From assembly GCF_963506605.1 (NCBI RefSeq), contig NC_083288.1, positions 28,210,001 to 28,274,000 on the forward strand: a stretch of 64,000 nucleotides of DNA. Direction: 5' to 3'. Under the pieces are notes generated by a model that was not told the origin of the DNA, searched no databases, and was given only the letters and a program-made list of their open reading frames with translations. The stretch comes from Zootoca vivipara. Its lineage: Eukaryota. The position numbers and the translations under genes are program-made. Of the stretch, positions 23,163-34,435 are shown piece by piece (position 1 is the first letter of the stretch; each line of letters opens with the position of its first letter).

Positions 23163-26100
23163 TGCCTTGTCGTGGCGAAGGGGCTTGAATAACTCAGAGA
23201 AGCTATGAGCTATGCCATGCAGGGCCACCCAAGATGGACAGGTCATAGTGGAGAGTTTTGACTAAACATGATCCACCTGGAGAAGGAACTGGCAAGCCAC
23301 TCCAGTATCCCTGCCAAGAAAACTCCATGGACAAAGACAACAGGCATATAAAAGTTATGACGCTGGAAGATGAGCCCCTCAGGTCGGAAGGCGTCCAACA
23401 TGCTACTGAGGAAGAGCGGAGGACAAGTACAAGTAGATTCAGAGCTGATGAAGTGGCTGGGCCAAAGCCGAAAGGACGCTCAGTTGCGGATATGCCTGGA
23501 AGCGGAAGCGAAAGGAAAGTCCGATGCTGTAAAGAAAAATATTGCATAGGAACCTGGAATGTAAGAACCATGAATAGAGGTAAGCTGGATGTGGTCAAAA
23601 ATGAGATGACAAGAATAAATATCGACATCCTGGGCATCAGTGAACTAAAATGGAAGGGAATGGGTGAATTCAGTTCGGGTGACTATCATATCTACTACTC
23701 TGGGCAAGAATCCTGTGGAAGAAATGGAGTGGCCCTCATAGTCAACAAAAGAGTGGCAAAAGCTGTGATGGGATGCAATCTCAAAAATGACAGAATGATC
23801 TCGATACGAATCCAAGGCAGACCTTTTAACATCACAGTAATCCAAGTTTATGCACCAACTACCGGTGCTGAAGAAAGTGAAATTGACCAATTCTATGAAG
23901 ACCTACAACACCTTCTAGAAATGACACCAAAGAAGGATGTTCTTCTCATTACAGGGGATTGGAATGCTAAAGTAGGGAATCAAGAGATAAAAGGAACAAC
24001 TGGCAAGTTTGGCCTTGGAGTTCAAAATGAAGCAGGGCAAAGGCTAATAGAGTTCTGTCAAGAGAACAAGCTGGTCATCACAAACACTCTCTTCCAACAA
24101 CACAAGAGACGACTCTACACATGGATATCACCAAATGGGCAGCATCGAAATCAGATTGATTATATTCTCTGCAGCCAAAGATGGAGAAGCTCTATACAGT
24201 CAGCAAAAACAAGACCTGGAGCTGACTGTAACTCAGATCATCAGCTTCTTATAGCAAAATTCCAGCTTAAACTGAAGAAAGTAGGAAAAACCACTGGGCC
24301 AGTAAGATACAATCTGAATCAAATCCCTTATGAATACACAGTGGAAGTGAGGAACAGGTTTAAGGATTTAGATTTTGTGGACAGAGTGCCTGAAGAACTA
24401 TGGATGGAGGCTCGTAACATTATACAGGAGGCAGCAACGAAAACCATCCCAAGGAAAAGGAAATGCAAGAAAGCAAAATGGCTGTCCAACGAGGCCTTAC
24501 AAATAGCGGAGGAGAGGAGGCAAGCAAAATGCAAGGGAGATAGGGAAAGATACAGGAAACTGAATGCAGATTTCCAAAAAACAGCAAGGAGAGACAAGAG
24601 GGTCTTCTTAAATGAGCAATGCAAAGAAATAGAGGAAAACAATAGAATGGGGAAAACCAGAGATCTGTTCAATAAAATTGGAGATATGAAAGGAACATTT
24701 TGTACAAAGATTACCATAATCAAGGACAAAAGTGGTAAGGACCTAACAGAAGCAGAAGACATCAAGAAGAGGTGGCAAGAATACACAGAGGAATTATACC
24801 AGAAAGATATGGAGGTCTCGTACACCCCAGGTAGTGTGGTTGCTGACCTTGAGCCAGACATCTTGGAGAGTGAAGTCAAATGGGCCTTAGAAAGCACTGC
24901 TAATAACAAGGCCAGTGGAAGTGATGATATTCCAGCTGAACTATTTAAAATTTTAAAAGATGATGCTGTTAAGGTGCTACACCCAATATGCCAGCAAGTT
25001 TGGAAAACTCAGCAATGGCCAGAGGATTGGAGAAGATCAGTCTACATCCCAATTCCAAAAAAGGGCAGTGCCAAAGAATGCTCCAACTACCGCACAATTG
25101 CCCTCATTTCACACGCTAGCAAGGTTATGCTTAAAATTCTACAAGGCAGGCTTAGGCAGTATGTGGACCGAGAACTCCCAGAAGTGCAAGCTGGATTTCG
25201 AAAGGGCAGAGGAACCAGAGACCAAATAGCAAACATGCGCTGGATTATGGAGAAAGCTAGAGAGTTCCAGAAAAACGTCTACTTCTGCTTCATTGACTAT
25301 GCAAAAGCCTTTGACTGTGTCGACCACAGCAAACTATGGCAAGTTCTTAAAGAAATGGGAGTGCCTGATCACCTCATCTGTCTCCTGAGAAATCTCTATG
25401 TGGGACAAGAAGCTACAGTTAGAACTGGATATGGAACAACGGATTGGTTCAAAATTGGGAAAGGAGTACGACAAGGTTGTATATTGTCTCCCTGCTTATT
25501 TAACTTATATGCAGAATTCATCATGCGAAAGGCTGGACTAGATGAATCCCAAGCAGGAATTAAGATTGCCGGAAGAAATATCAACAACCTCAGATATGCA
25601 GATGACACAACCTTGATGGCAGAAAGTGAGGAGGAATTAAAGAACCTTTTAATGAGGGTGAAAGAGGAGAGCGCAAAATATGGTCTGAAGCTCAACATCA
25701 AAAAAACCAAGATCATGGCCACTGGTCCCATCACCTCCTGGCAAATAGAAGGGGAAGAAATGGAGGCAGTGAGAGATTTTACTTTCTTGGGCTCCTTGAT
25801 CACTGCAGATGGTGACAGCAGTCACGAAATTAAAAGACGCCTGCTTCTTGGGAGAAAAGCAATGACAAACCTAGACAGCATCTTAAAAAGCAGAGACATC
25901 ACCTTGCCGACAAAGGTCCGTATAGTTAAAGCTATGGTTTTCCCAGTAGTGATGTATGGAAGTGAGAGCTGGACCATAAAGAAGGCTGATCGCCGAAGAA
26001 TTGATGCTTTTGAATTATGGTGCTGGAGGAGACTCTTGAGAGTCCCATGGACTGCAAGAAGATCAAACCTATCCATTCTTAAGGAAATCAGCCCTGAGTG

Positions 26101-26378
26101 CTCCCTGGAAGGACAGATCGTGAAGCTCAGGCTCCAATACTTTGGCCACCTCATGAGAAGAGAAGAATCCTTGGAAAAGACCCTGATGTTGGGAAAGATT
26201 GAGGGCACTAGGAGAAGGGGACGACAGAGGACAAGATGGTTGGACAGTGTTCTCGAAGCTACGAACATGAGTTTGACCAAACTACGGGAGGCAGTGGAAG
26301 ACAGGAGTGCCTGGCGTGCTATGGTCCATGGGGTCACGAAGAGTCGGACACGACTAAACGACTAAACAACAACAACAA
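23163..26378 (+). mobile_element. Bov-B (RTE clade) LINE, near full length (about 3.2 kb)
   Basis: Single long ORF ending in ...HGVTKSRTRLND followed by a (CAA)n tail; possible short TSD aatatc. Confidence 0.95.
23258..26365 (+). CDS. Bov-B ORF: AP endonuclease plus reverse transcriptase, uninterrupted (first in-frame ATG at 23327)
   Basis: APE motifs GTWNVRT, ILGISE, GDWNA, NQIDYI and SDH. RT motifs QAGFR, DYAKAFD, GVRQGCILSP and LRYADD. Confidence 0.95.
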   Translation: MTKHDPPGEGTGKPLQYPCQENSMDKDNRHIKVMTLEDEPLRSEGVQHATEEERRTSTSRFRADEVAGPKPKGRSVADMPGSGSERKVRCCKEKYCIGTWNVRTMNRGKLDVVKNEMTRINIDILGISELKWKGMGEFSSGDYHIYYSGQESCGRNGVALIVNKRVAKAVMGCNLKNDRMISIRIQGRPFNITVIQVYAPTTGAEESEIDQFYEDLQHLLEMTPKKDVLLITGDWNAKVGNQEIKGTTGKFGLGVQNEAGQRLIEFCQENKLVITNTLFQQHKRRLYTWISPNGQHRNQIDYILCSQRWRSSIQSAKTRPGADCNSDHQLLIAKFQLKLKKVGKTTGPVRYNLNQIPYEYTVEVRNRFKDLDFVDRVPEELWMEARNIIQEAATKTIPRKRKCKKAKWLSNEALQIAEERRQAKCKGDRERYRKLNADFQKTARRDKRVFLNEQCKEIEENNRMGKTRDLFNKIGDMKGTFCTKITIIKDKSGKDLTEAEDIKKRWQEYTEELYQKDMEVSYTPGSVVADLEPDILESEVKWALESTANNKASGSDDIPAELFKILKDDAVKVLHPICQQVWKTQQWPEDWRRSVYIPIPKKGSAKECSNYRTIALISHASKVMLKILQGRLRQYVDRELPEVQAGFRKGRGTRDQIANMRWIMEKAREFQKNVYFCFIDYAKAFDCVDHSKLWQVLKEMGVPDHLICLLRNLYVGQEATVRTGYGTTDWFKIGKGVRQGCILSPCLFNLYAEFIMRKAGLDESQAGIKIAGRNINNLRYADDTTLMAESEEELKNLLMRVKEESAKYGLKLNIKKTKIMATGPITSWQIEGEEMEAVRDFTFLGSLITADGDSSHEIKRRLLLGRKAMTNLDSILKSRDITLPTKVRIVKAMVFPVVMYGSESWTIKKADRRRIDAFELWCWRRLLRVPWTARRSNLSILKEISPECSLEGQIVKLRLQYFGHLMRREESLEKTLMLGKIEGTRRRGRQRTRWLDSVLEATNMSLTKLREAVEDRSAWRAMVHGVTKSRTRLND

Positions 26379-27525
26379 TATCCAAATACATTCTAATCTT
26401 TGTGTTACTCTGGAAATTTTTGCTTACATTGTGGACCAAACAAACTTCAGTTTCACCCCTAAACTTTGCTGATGTTTCAAAATACTGAATAGTTTTCTTC
26501 TTGTGCTAGGGTTCATTACTTTTTATCTATTAGCTCTAATACTTATACATAAAAATGAATATTGCAATCTATTGTCATGTTCCTTTGTAGCCTCATTTGC
26601 TAATAAGGGGCCTCAAGTTGCGCCCAGGCAGGGGCAGGGACAGTCAATAACAACACCGAGGGTTGAATCCAGAGAAAGAATTTAATTCTTAAATTTAAGA
26701 GACTCTTGGTGATCACCTTCACGACAAGAGTAAAGAAAGACAAATTTGCAAAGATTCTTATACACTCCTTGGGCTCCTTCCCACCCTCCTCAGGAACCCA
26801 CTCTGTAAGTGTGCATACGCAAGAGGGTCATAGGTTACAAGTACATATATGGATCTTCCTGTGTCCAGTCCTTCTTGTAAACACATGCTGACTCAACAAA
26901 GCCTTCAGTAAGACTAGTTTATGCGTCAAGTTAGCAACTTCCAGCGTCAAGCTCATCCGCTGATAAGCCTTTCTCTGCCTCTCCTTCTGTGTTCCAGACA
27001 AGGCCAGCTTATTCCGCCTTGAAGGAAGCTGTCTCACTGTTCCTTTTGCTTACATTACACTTTGACACACAGAGAGGCAAAGAGGAAAGCATTTTAAGAA
27101 GCATTTTAGGAGGAAAGCATCCCAGGGATATTGGGGGAGGGGGGGCTAAGCCATACAATCAGAATTATACAATGCAAACTATATGATCAGATTTAGTTCA
27201 ATAACACAATTGGCAAATCTCTCCCTTCACCTTTACACGCTTACAGATGAAGCCCAATCAATAGAAAACATACCCTTTTTGCCCCTGTGTGAGGGGCAAG
27301 TTAAGGAGTATTTCCCCGGGTGGGAGGCTGGGGGAAGAGGGAGGAACTCCCAGGTGAGAGCTAGGAGGGCTTACCCTCCTTTGTGTAGAATAAAGGTTAA
27401 GATTTATTATTATTTAGGTTTATTTTTATTTAGGCTAGTGTGGCTTTTATTGTATTCTGTGTTGAAAACTTTCAATAAAAATTGATTATAAAAAGAAACT
27501 ATACTCTTCATTATACAACTATATT

Positions 27526-27673
27526 CAGTGCTTTTTATATAAAAAATGTTTAGGGGTACTCTAATCTTCCTACTCATATTGAAATAATGTCCCTCAATGA
27601 GGCCAAACTTAGATTCACAAAATGTTTAGGGGCATGCGTACCCCTGCATCCCCCCCCCAGAAAAAAAGCTCTG
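27526..27673. mobile_element. Short MITE (probably hAT)
   Basis: Ends cagtgcttttt...aaaaaagctctg with imperfect 8-bp flanks beginning actat. Confidence 0.5.
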
Positions 27674-28506
27674 ACTATGATACTTATCTTTAACATCCCC
27701 TCACAGCTAGCCTTAATTTTGTTTATCTTGTTTTCATCATTACATCACAACATCCCATACGTCCAGTAACTCCTACCTTGACTGGTGGTACCACCATCCA
27801 GGTGGGCACAGCTAGGTAAGGTCAATCTCCTCCTCCCACTGCCAACTTACCCAGTCAGATTTTGGTAATGGACACCAAGTCAGTCACCACATGCCATATC
27901 AGTTCATGGATGATAGTTTTGTTTGGGGCACTGACATGACATTAACAACACCACAAAATAAGAGCACAGGCTCTATGGGATGGGGGCTCAGCACCAACGA
28001 CCAACATTAAGTATCTACGTCCCCCTCTCCTCTGATAATTTTTCCTCGCCCCCATTGCATACTTCTGCTTCCCAAGGCCATAGAATTAGAGACACCTTAT
28101 ACCTTCCCACATCTTTCCCCTCTGACCCAGACACATGATACCTTGGTTGCTGGTTTTTTTTGTTCGTGTATTGTGTTTTGATTTGTTTTCTTCACCTGAA
28201 GGCATCTGCTTCACTTATGGCATCCACTTTGTGTTTTGCCAAGCCCCCATACACAAGATCTTGTATATACAATACCTGTTCCTGCCACGAACAACACTTT
28301 CTCAAAAGCCCAACTGCAGCCACTGGACCAAAATGGTTGATGAACCTGGTATAAGTTCACCATGGAGAATTTGAGCACCAAGAATGGGAGCTAGAAAAAG
28401 GGGGTTTGAAAGTTGTAAATATATTTCCAATTGACAATTACATTAGATTTTGTTTTGGTGGTGAAAAACAGGGCAAGCATATGGAAATAAACTGATATTC
28501 CTACAT

Positions 28507-28812
28507 CTTCTTCTTCTTTGGCGATCACTCATAGCCGAGTAAGATTGCCTTCCATAAACACGATTTTAACAAACGGTCCATAAGTGACTGTGGAGGCCAA
28601 TTCTGGATCCACACGTCCTTCCACAGTGGGGACATTGGTTTCCAGGCGGGAGTTGATCACGGTGTGGATTTGCCAAGCGTACCTTCCTCTTAGCATGTTT
28701 CTCCCTTGTGTCCTGAGATCGAGTTTCTTCAAAGCCCATGACACCTTTGGTAAAGGCTGTTCTCCAACTGGAGCGCTCGCAGGCCAGTGTTTCCCAGTTG
28801 TTAGTGTTTATA
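28507..28812 (-). mobile_element. RTE-clade LINE (not Bov-B), 3' fragment
   Basis: The minus strand reads WETLACERSSWR...CPHCGRTCGSRIGLHSH, with a (GAA)n tail and TSD tcctacat. Confidence 0.8.
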
Positions 28813-28826
28813 CTACAATCCTACAT

Positions 28827-28981
28827 AAAGGTAAAGGTAAAGGTAAAGGGACCCCTGACCATTAGGTCCAGTCACAGACAACTCTGGCTGGGGTTGTGGC
28901 GCTCATCTCGCTGTAGTGGCTGAGGGAGCTGGCGTACAGCTTCCGGGTCATGTGGCCAGCATAAGAATAAGAATAATAATG

Positions 28982-29022
<41 letters not shown>

Positions 29023-29254
29023 TTATTTATACCCTGCCCATCTGGCTGGGCCTCCCCAGCCACTCTGGGCGGCTTCCAACAGATTAAAATACAATCTATT
29101 AAACATTAAAAGCTCCCCTAAACAGTGCTGCCTGAATAAGCTGCTTCTCGTGAACCAGAGCAGCGCACGGAAATGCCGTTTACCTTCCCACCGGAGCGGT
29201 ACCTATTTATCTACTTGCACTTTGACATGCTTTCGAAGTGCTAGGTTGCCAGGA
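28827..29254 (-). mobile_element. Sauria SINE (5'-truncated) with a nested L2 3'-end fragment at about 28962-29133
   Basis: The SINE core is split at ggccagcat/aagctgcttct by an (ATA)n tail plus L2 3' UTR. Confidence 0.85.
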
Positions 29255-29649
29255 GATATTCCTACATATACGTACGTAAATCTACTTTTGGTATTCTAGG
29301 GACAAGACCTCCTGGAACAATGCTTATTATGATGGGGAAAGCTGCTTCTAATATGTCCAGAAGTAATATTAAGACTGAATTTATGCAGGATCCCTCCTCC
29401 TAATTTACAGGTGGCAGGCTTATCCCATAGCAGATTATAAAAACGCACAACAGCTCCCAAATGGTTATGTCAAGTCAAGGATAGGGAATTCCTACCTGTT
29501 CCCTAAGAGTGTTGAACTCCAAAGAACTTATTTCTCAAGGTAGGCATGCACTCCCAGCAATAAAGGTGAAAATCTAATCAACCAACTGATTTACCAATCA
29601 ACCAACTGATTGACCAACTGATTCCCTGATGTTGCAGGGTAAAGAGATA

Positions 29650-29955
29650 GGTAAAGGTAAAGGTAAAGGGACCCCTGACCATAGGTCCAGTCATGACCGA
29701 CTCTGGGGTTGTGCGCTCATCTCGCATTATTGGCCGAGGGAGCCGGCGTATAGCTTCCAGGTCATGTGGCCAGCATGACAAAGCCGCTTCTGGCAATCAG
29801 AGCAGCACATGGAAACGCTGTTTACCTTCCCGCTGTAGCGGTTCCTATTTATCTACTTGCATTTTGACGTGCTTTCGAACTGCTAGGTTGGCAGGAGCTG
29901 GGACTGAGCAACGGGAGCACACCCCGTCACAGGGATTCGAACCGCCGACCTTCTG
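29650..29955 (-). mobile_element. Sauria SINE
   Basis: TSD aaagagataggta and an (AAAGGT)n tail. Confidence 0.9.
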
Positions 29956-30824
29956 AAAGAGATAGGTACAGACTCTCAAAAGGACCAGAGGGTTGTCATA
30001 TGATCTTTGGGCTCAGAGGGGTGCACAGTGTTCTGTCCTTTAATTTGCTTCACTGAATTCCCTCACTCCCCATCCAATACATTACCATGTTGCTTGTTTT
30101 TGCAGTATATTATGTCCCTGGTGATTGAACAGTCACTTCTGTGTTTTTCTTAATAAAACCAACTTCCTAGAGTAGACATATCCCCACTTTGTATTATTGG
30201 CATAGCATTCATGTCATAGAACTGAGATTTATACTATCGTTGAGTGTGATGAGATGAAGAGAAGGATCTGGGAACTGCTAACAACCAGTTACCAGTTGTC
30301 ATGATAGTGTATATTAGCATGGAAAAAACAGCAGCAGAGTGAAACCATTGTAAGAACATAAATGAAGAGAGGTGAGTAACCATCAGAGTGTGGGGTCTTT
30401 TCAAGGGTGGTCTTTCAGTTTTGGAACAGTCTTTCTAGAGAGCTCACCTGCCACCATAATAGTGATATGTTCAGTGCCTAGTGGAGAACTTTGCATCCAC
30501 TGAAACCTTGTAACATGTCTCTTTGTCCATAAAATACAGATGTATTTTTTTTTACTTCTTCTGAGTTGCCCAGGCAACTTATGTAATAAGACAGCCAGGT
30601 TCCTCTGAGGTCCTTCAGAACAAGGAATAAAAATAATGGACTAGCCTATGAAATAAACATGCCCCACAAAATAATCTTCCAGAGCTGTAGCTATGTCACT
30701 GTGTTGAAGCAATAATCAGAAAAAAAAAACATTTCTGCAAAATGTTTATGGCCAACTAATTACCTCTCCCTCTCTTTAGAGATACTTATCCATTTCTCGT
30801 TTCAACAGGATTTCATTCCGCACA

Positions 30825-31763
30825 ATGTTGAGAAACAAGACAACAATTACAGAATTTATCCTCCTGGGATTTGGGGGATTCTATGAATTGCAGACACTTC
30901 TTTTCCTGACTTTTCTAGTCATTTACATGGTGACCATAACTGGAAATACGTTGATTGTTGTCCTTGTTGTCCTTGATCACCATCTACATACTCCCATGTA
31001 CTTCTTTCTTGGGAATCTTTCCTTCTTGGAGGCTTGCTACAGCTCCAATATATTTCCAAGAATGCTTTCCGCTCTCCTGACTAGAGACAGAAGGATTTCC
31101 TTCAACGGCTGCTTCACACAGTGGTATCTCTTTGGTTCCTTGGAAGCTGCAGAATGCTGTTTACTCTGTGTGATGTCTTATGACAGGTATCTAGCAATCT
31201 GTAAACCATTGCATTATGCAACAACTATGAGAACCAATACTTGTATCAATTTAGCCGCTGCATCTTGGCTCAATGGCTTTATAGGGTTTTCTATATTACT
31301 CCTTCTGATGCTACAGTTATCATTTTCTGGCTCCAGGGAAATGGATCATTACTTTTGTGACTACTTCCCTCTTCTTAAACTCTCTTGCAGTGACACCAGC
31401 GTGTTGGAAGGTGCAAGTTACATTGTGGCTGTCATATTCACATTCCCTCCTTTTGTTTTAACTTTAACATCCTATTCATATATTATTGCTGCCATCTTAA
31501 GAATACCCTCCACCACTGGGAGACAAAAGGCCTTTTCCACCTGTTCCTCTCACTTGATTGTAGTTTCAATTTTTTATAGTTCACTAATGATTGTGTATAT
31601 GTTACCAAAGGATGAAGTCAACAGAGGCATGCAAAAAATTTCCTCTCTCTTCTACACAGTTTTGCCGCCTCTTGCCAACCCATTCATATACAGCCTGAGA
31701 AATAAGGAGGTCCAAGATGCCCTGAGAAATAAAATTAGTAAACTTGCAAAGCAATTCTCATGA
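30825..31763 (+). CDS. Olfactory receptor, class II, intact (312 aa); last OR of the cluster in this window
   Basis: NKT sequon and OR motifs; acceptor AG at 30807-30808. Confidence 0.95.
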   Translation: MLRNKTTITEFILLGFGGFYELQTLLFLTFLVIYMVTITGNTLIVVLVVLDHHLHTPMYFFLGNLSFLEACYSSNIFPRMLSALLTRDRRISFNGCFTQWYLFGSLEAAECCLLCVMSYDRYLAICKPLHYATTMRTNTCINLAAASWLNGFIGFSILLLLMLQLSFSGSREMDHYFCDYFPLLKLSCSDTSVLEGASYIVAVIFTFPPFVLTLTSYSYIIAAILRIPSTTGRQKAFSTCSSHLIVVSIFYSSLMIVYMLPKDEVNRGMQKISSLFYTVLPPLANPFIYSLRNKEVQDALRNKISKLAKQFS

Positions 31764-32559
31764 AGTGAATTAATGTGAAAAAGAAGCAACAATGTTATTT
31801 TCTCTAGCTTCTCTTTTTTGGTGGGTGATATAAAGTTCCATCGCTGATTTGGATGTGTTGAGCTGTATATTTGCAATGCATGACAGTTTTAGGGTTGTTG
31901 TTTTTCCCTGAAGAAAAAGAAGTTGGCATAAAAAAATATAAATGACAACTAAACACACACTTAAATGCATATTTTATCATAATACACATTCTTAAATGGT
32001 GTTTCGTTCTCAATTTGAAGTGATCATGGCATTACTGAATTTGTTAGTGTCTATTAAAAAAACCAATCCTGAAATAAATGTCTCAAAGTGTTTTCAATCA
32101 TCCCATCAAAAGAAATTGGTCAATGATAAAAAATTATAATTGAAAACAACTCAAAATTGTTTAATCTCTTTGTTTAATGTCTTAGTCAGCCTTACGTTTA
32201 TGTTCTATTTGAAAAGGATTTTATGTTTTCTTGTATTTACATACATTTTTCATATTTTTCTGTGTGTCCATGGTATAAAATTAAATAAATAAATGACTAT
32301 TTTAAAAGAAGAAGAATGAAATCATCTATTTAATAAATTGTGTGCCCCTGCTTCTTCCTCTTGAATAGTGGGACAGGAAAACACCTCTTAAAATGGCAAA
32401 CAGCTGGGGTCTCAGGAATGAAGAAGCAAACAGGCATTCCATTTCTGATGTCTCCATGTCCTGAGTGACAGAGGTCGAAACAGGTCTGACTCAGTATATG
32501 ACATATGATTTGAAACCCTGTCTCCCAGGTCCAGCTCTGCTACTCTAACCACTATACAG

Positions 32560-33300
32560 ACTCGTCTCTACCTGGTGGCGCAAGTGAACCAGCGCGCAAT
32601 GGTCTGAAGGGTGCCAAGCTGAGTGTCCAGGAAGGAGAGCTGGAGTCCTGAGAGAGCAGAGCCTGCTCTCTGAGGTGTGGGCTGGTGAACATCTCCCCCT
32701 CCCCAGTCCCAGAGCGCTGCTGAGGGAGGAGGAGGAGGAGGAGAGTCCACCACCCACCCACCTTCCCGCCCCGCGCAGCTGGAGGACCATGCTAGGGACA
32801 GAGGCCACGGTTCCCAAACGTCCTGCCCCACGTCCAGCTGCCGAGCCATAGCTGCCAAGTTTTGCCTTTTCTCGCAAGGAAGCCTATTCAGCATAAGGGA
32901 AAATCCCTTTAAAAAGGGATAACTTGGCAGCTATGTGCCGAGCGCGCGCCTACTGTGAGAAGGGAGGAGAGAGCCACCTCAGGAGCAGGTGGAGTCCAGA
33001 ACCCAGCGCCGCCACCATGGAGGAAAGGCACGGGGTTTGCAGCCCCAGCGCGTTTGGAGAGCTGCCCCAGCGGGCGCTTGCAGTGTCCCTTTGCCTGTCC
33101 TGTTCAGCTACATCGAGCCCTTCCCATTTACCGGCAGCAGCAGCTGCTGCCCTGGTTACTCTCTCTCTCCCTGGAATCACGCCCTGTGTGTAACATTAGG
33201 GGCAGCTCTGTCCTGGGGAGGGGAAGCCTCCCCCCTTCGCTTTCCTCCTCCTCCTCCTCCTTTGAGGGGGGTGGGCTCCTTCTCCGCCCCCCACAAGGTC
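32560..33300. promoter_or_regulatory. GC/CpG-rich island
   Basis: Sharp rise in GC and CpG content (gcgcgcgcc, cccgccccgcgc) within an AT-rich background; not a repeat I recognise. Confidence 0.6.
32847..32935. mobile_element. 89-bp hAT-type MITE
   Basis: Same TIR as the element at 20668; 8-bp TSD tgccgagc. Confidence 0.92.
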
Positions 33301-34321
33301 TCTAAAGGTTGTAAAGCAAGCCAGACCATTTACCACCGGCCCCATTCATTTCCAGCAGCTGGCCATCACCCACTTACTCCAAGCCATGCAAAAAATATCA
33401 TCACCATTACTACTACTACTACTACGACTACTGCCCTCCACCCACAGATATCAGGGCGGCTCACAGCCTGAAACTACTAAGCACATGCTAAAAACTAGAA
33501 CAAAGGAAAACCAAACCAAGCCAGCAACCCTCCTTCTCCCTTATTTGTGAAACAAGCCTGTTAATTGCCTATCTGGCTTTTAAAAAAAAGGCACTGAAGA
33601 TTTTTGAGTTCAATGCAAGCTAAAAAGCATTGCAGGGGGATGGGCTAGATGATCCGCAGGGTCCCTTCCAATTCTATGTTTTTCTGAAAAACACATGCAC
33701 TGAAAAACTATGGTCCCTCTGCAGTTCTTACCCCAAGCAACTGTGTGTGAGACTTGCTCCCTAGAAAGTGTGCCTTGTCTTGCTACCTGTGGTTTCTGGT
33801 CTCTCCTCAGTCCCCTCCCCCCAATCTATTCATATTCATTACTCCCTAATCTCCAATATTACATTTTCTCTGGTTGAGACGATAAAACAGAGAGCCCTAA
33901 TTCCCAACTGTGCTTTTTGCTGCAGTCCTACTGTCTACTCAGAAGTAAGGTCCTACTTGATTTAGCAGGGCTTACTCTCAGGTAAGAGCAGTTAGGGCTG
34001 CAGCCTTTGTTACCCAGGTTTCGGGTCCTTTTTAGGTTCAGGATGTCACTGCTTTACACCCACACCCACCCCACCCCCCACAATATTGAAAACGTCAGCT
34101 TTGTACTTAAACACAAATTGGCCGGGAACTTCATTCTCTGGGTCTTTATTAATTTATGTAAAGAACAACAAACGTGATTGCTTTAAATTTTCGATATGTG
34201 GTGATTTGAATCATGAGGATGAATTAGAACAGGCTTCCTCAAACTCGGCCCTGCAGATGTTTTTGGCTTACAACTCCCATGATCCCTAGCTAGCAGGACC
34301 AGTGGTCAGGGATGATGGAAT

Positions 34322-34435
34322 GTTGCTGTTTAGTCATTTAGTCGTGTCCGACTCTTTGTGACCCCATGGACCAGAGCATGCCACACACTCCTGGAATGGA
34401 TAGGTCTGATCTTTCTGCAGTCCATGGGACTCTCA
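34322..34435 (-). mobile_element. Bov-B 3' fragment, internally deleted
   Basis: tttagtcgtgtccgactc terminus joined to the atggataggtctgatc segment. Confidence 0.75.

Noticed and set aside
24328-26337. Long antisense ORFs of 135-193 aa
   Set aside because: They are shadows of the Bov-B ORF on the opposite strand.
26570-27480. Possible LTR or L1 3' remnant
   Set aside because: No convincing terminal dinucleotides with a TSD were found.
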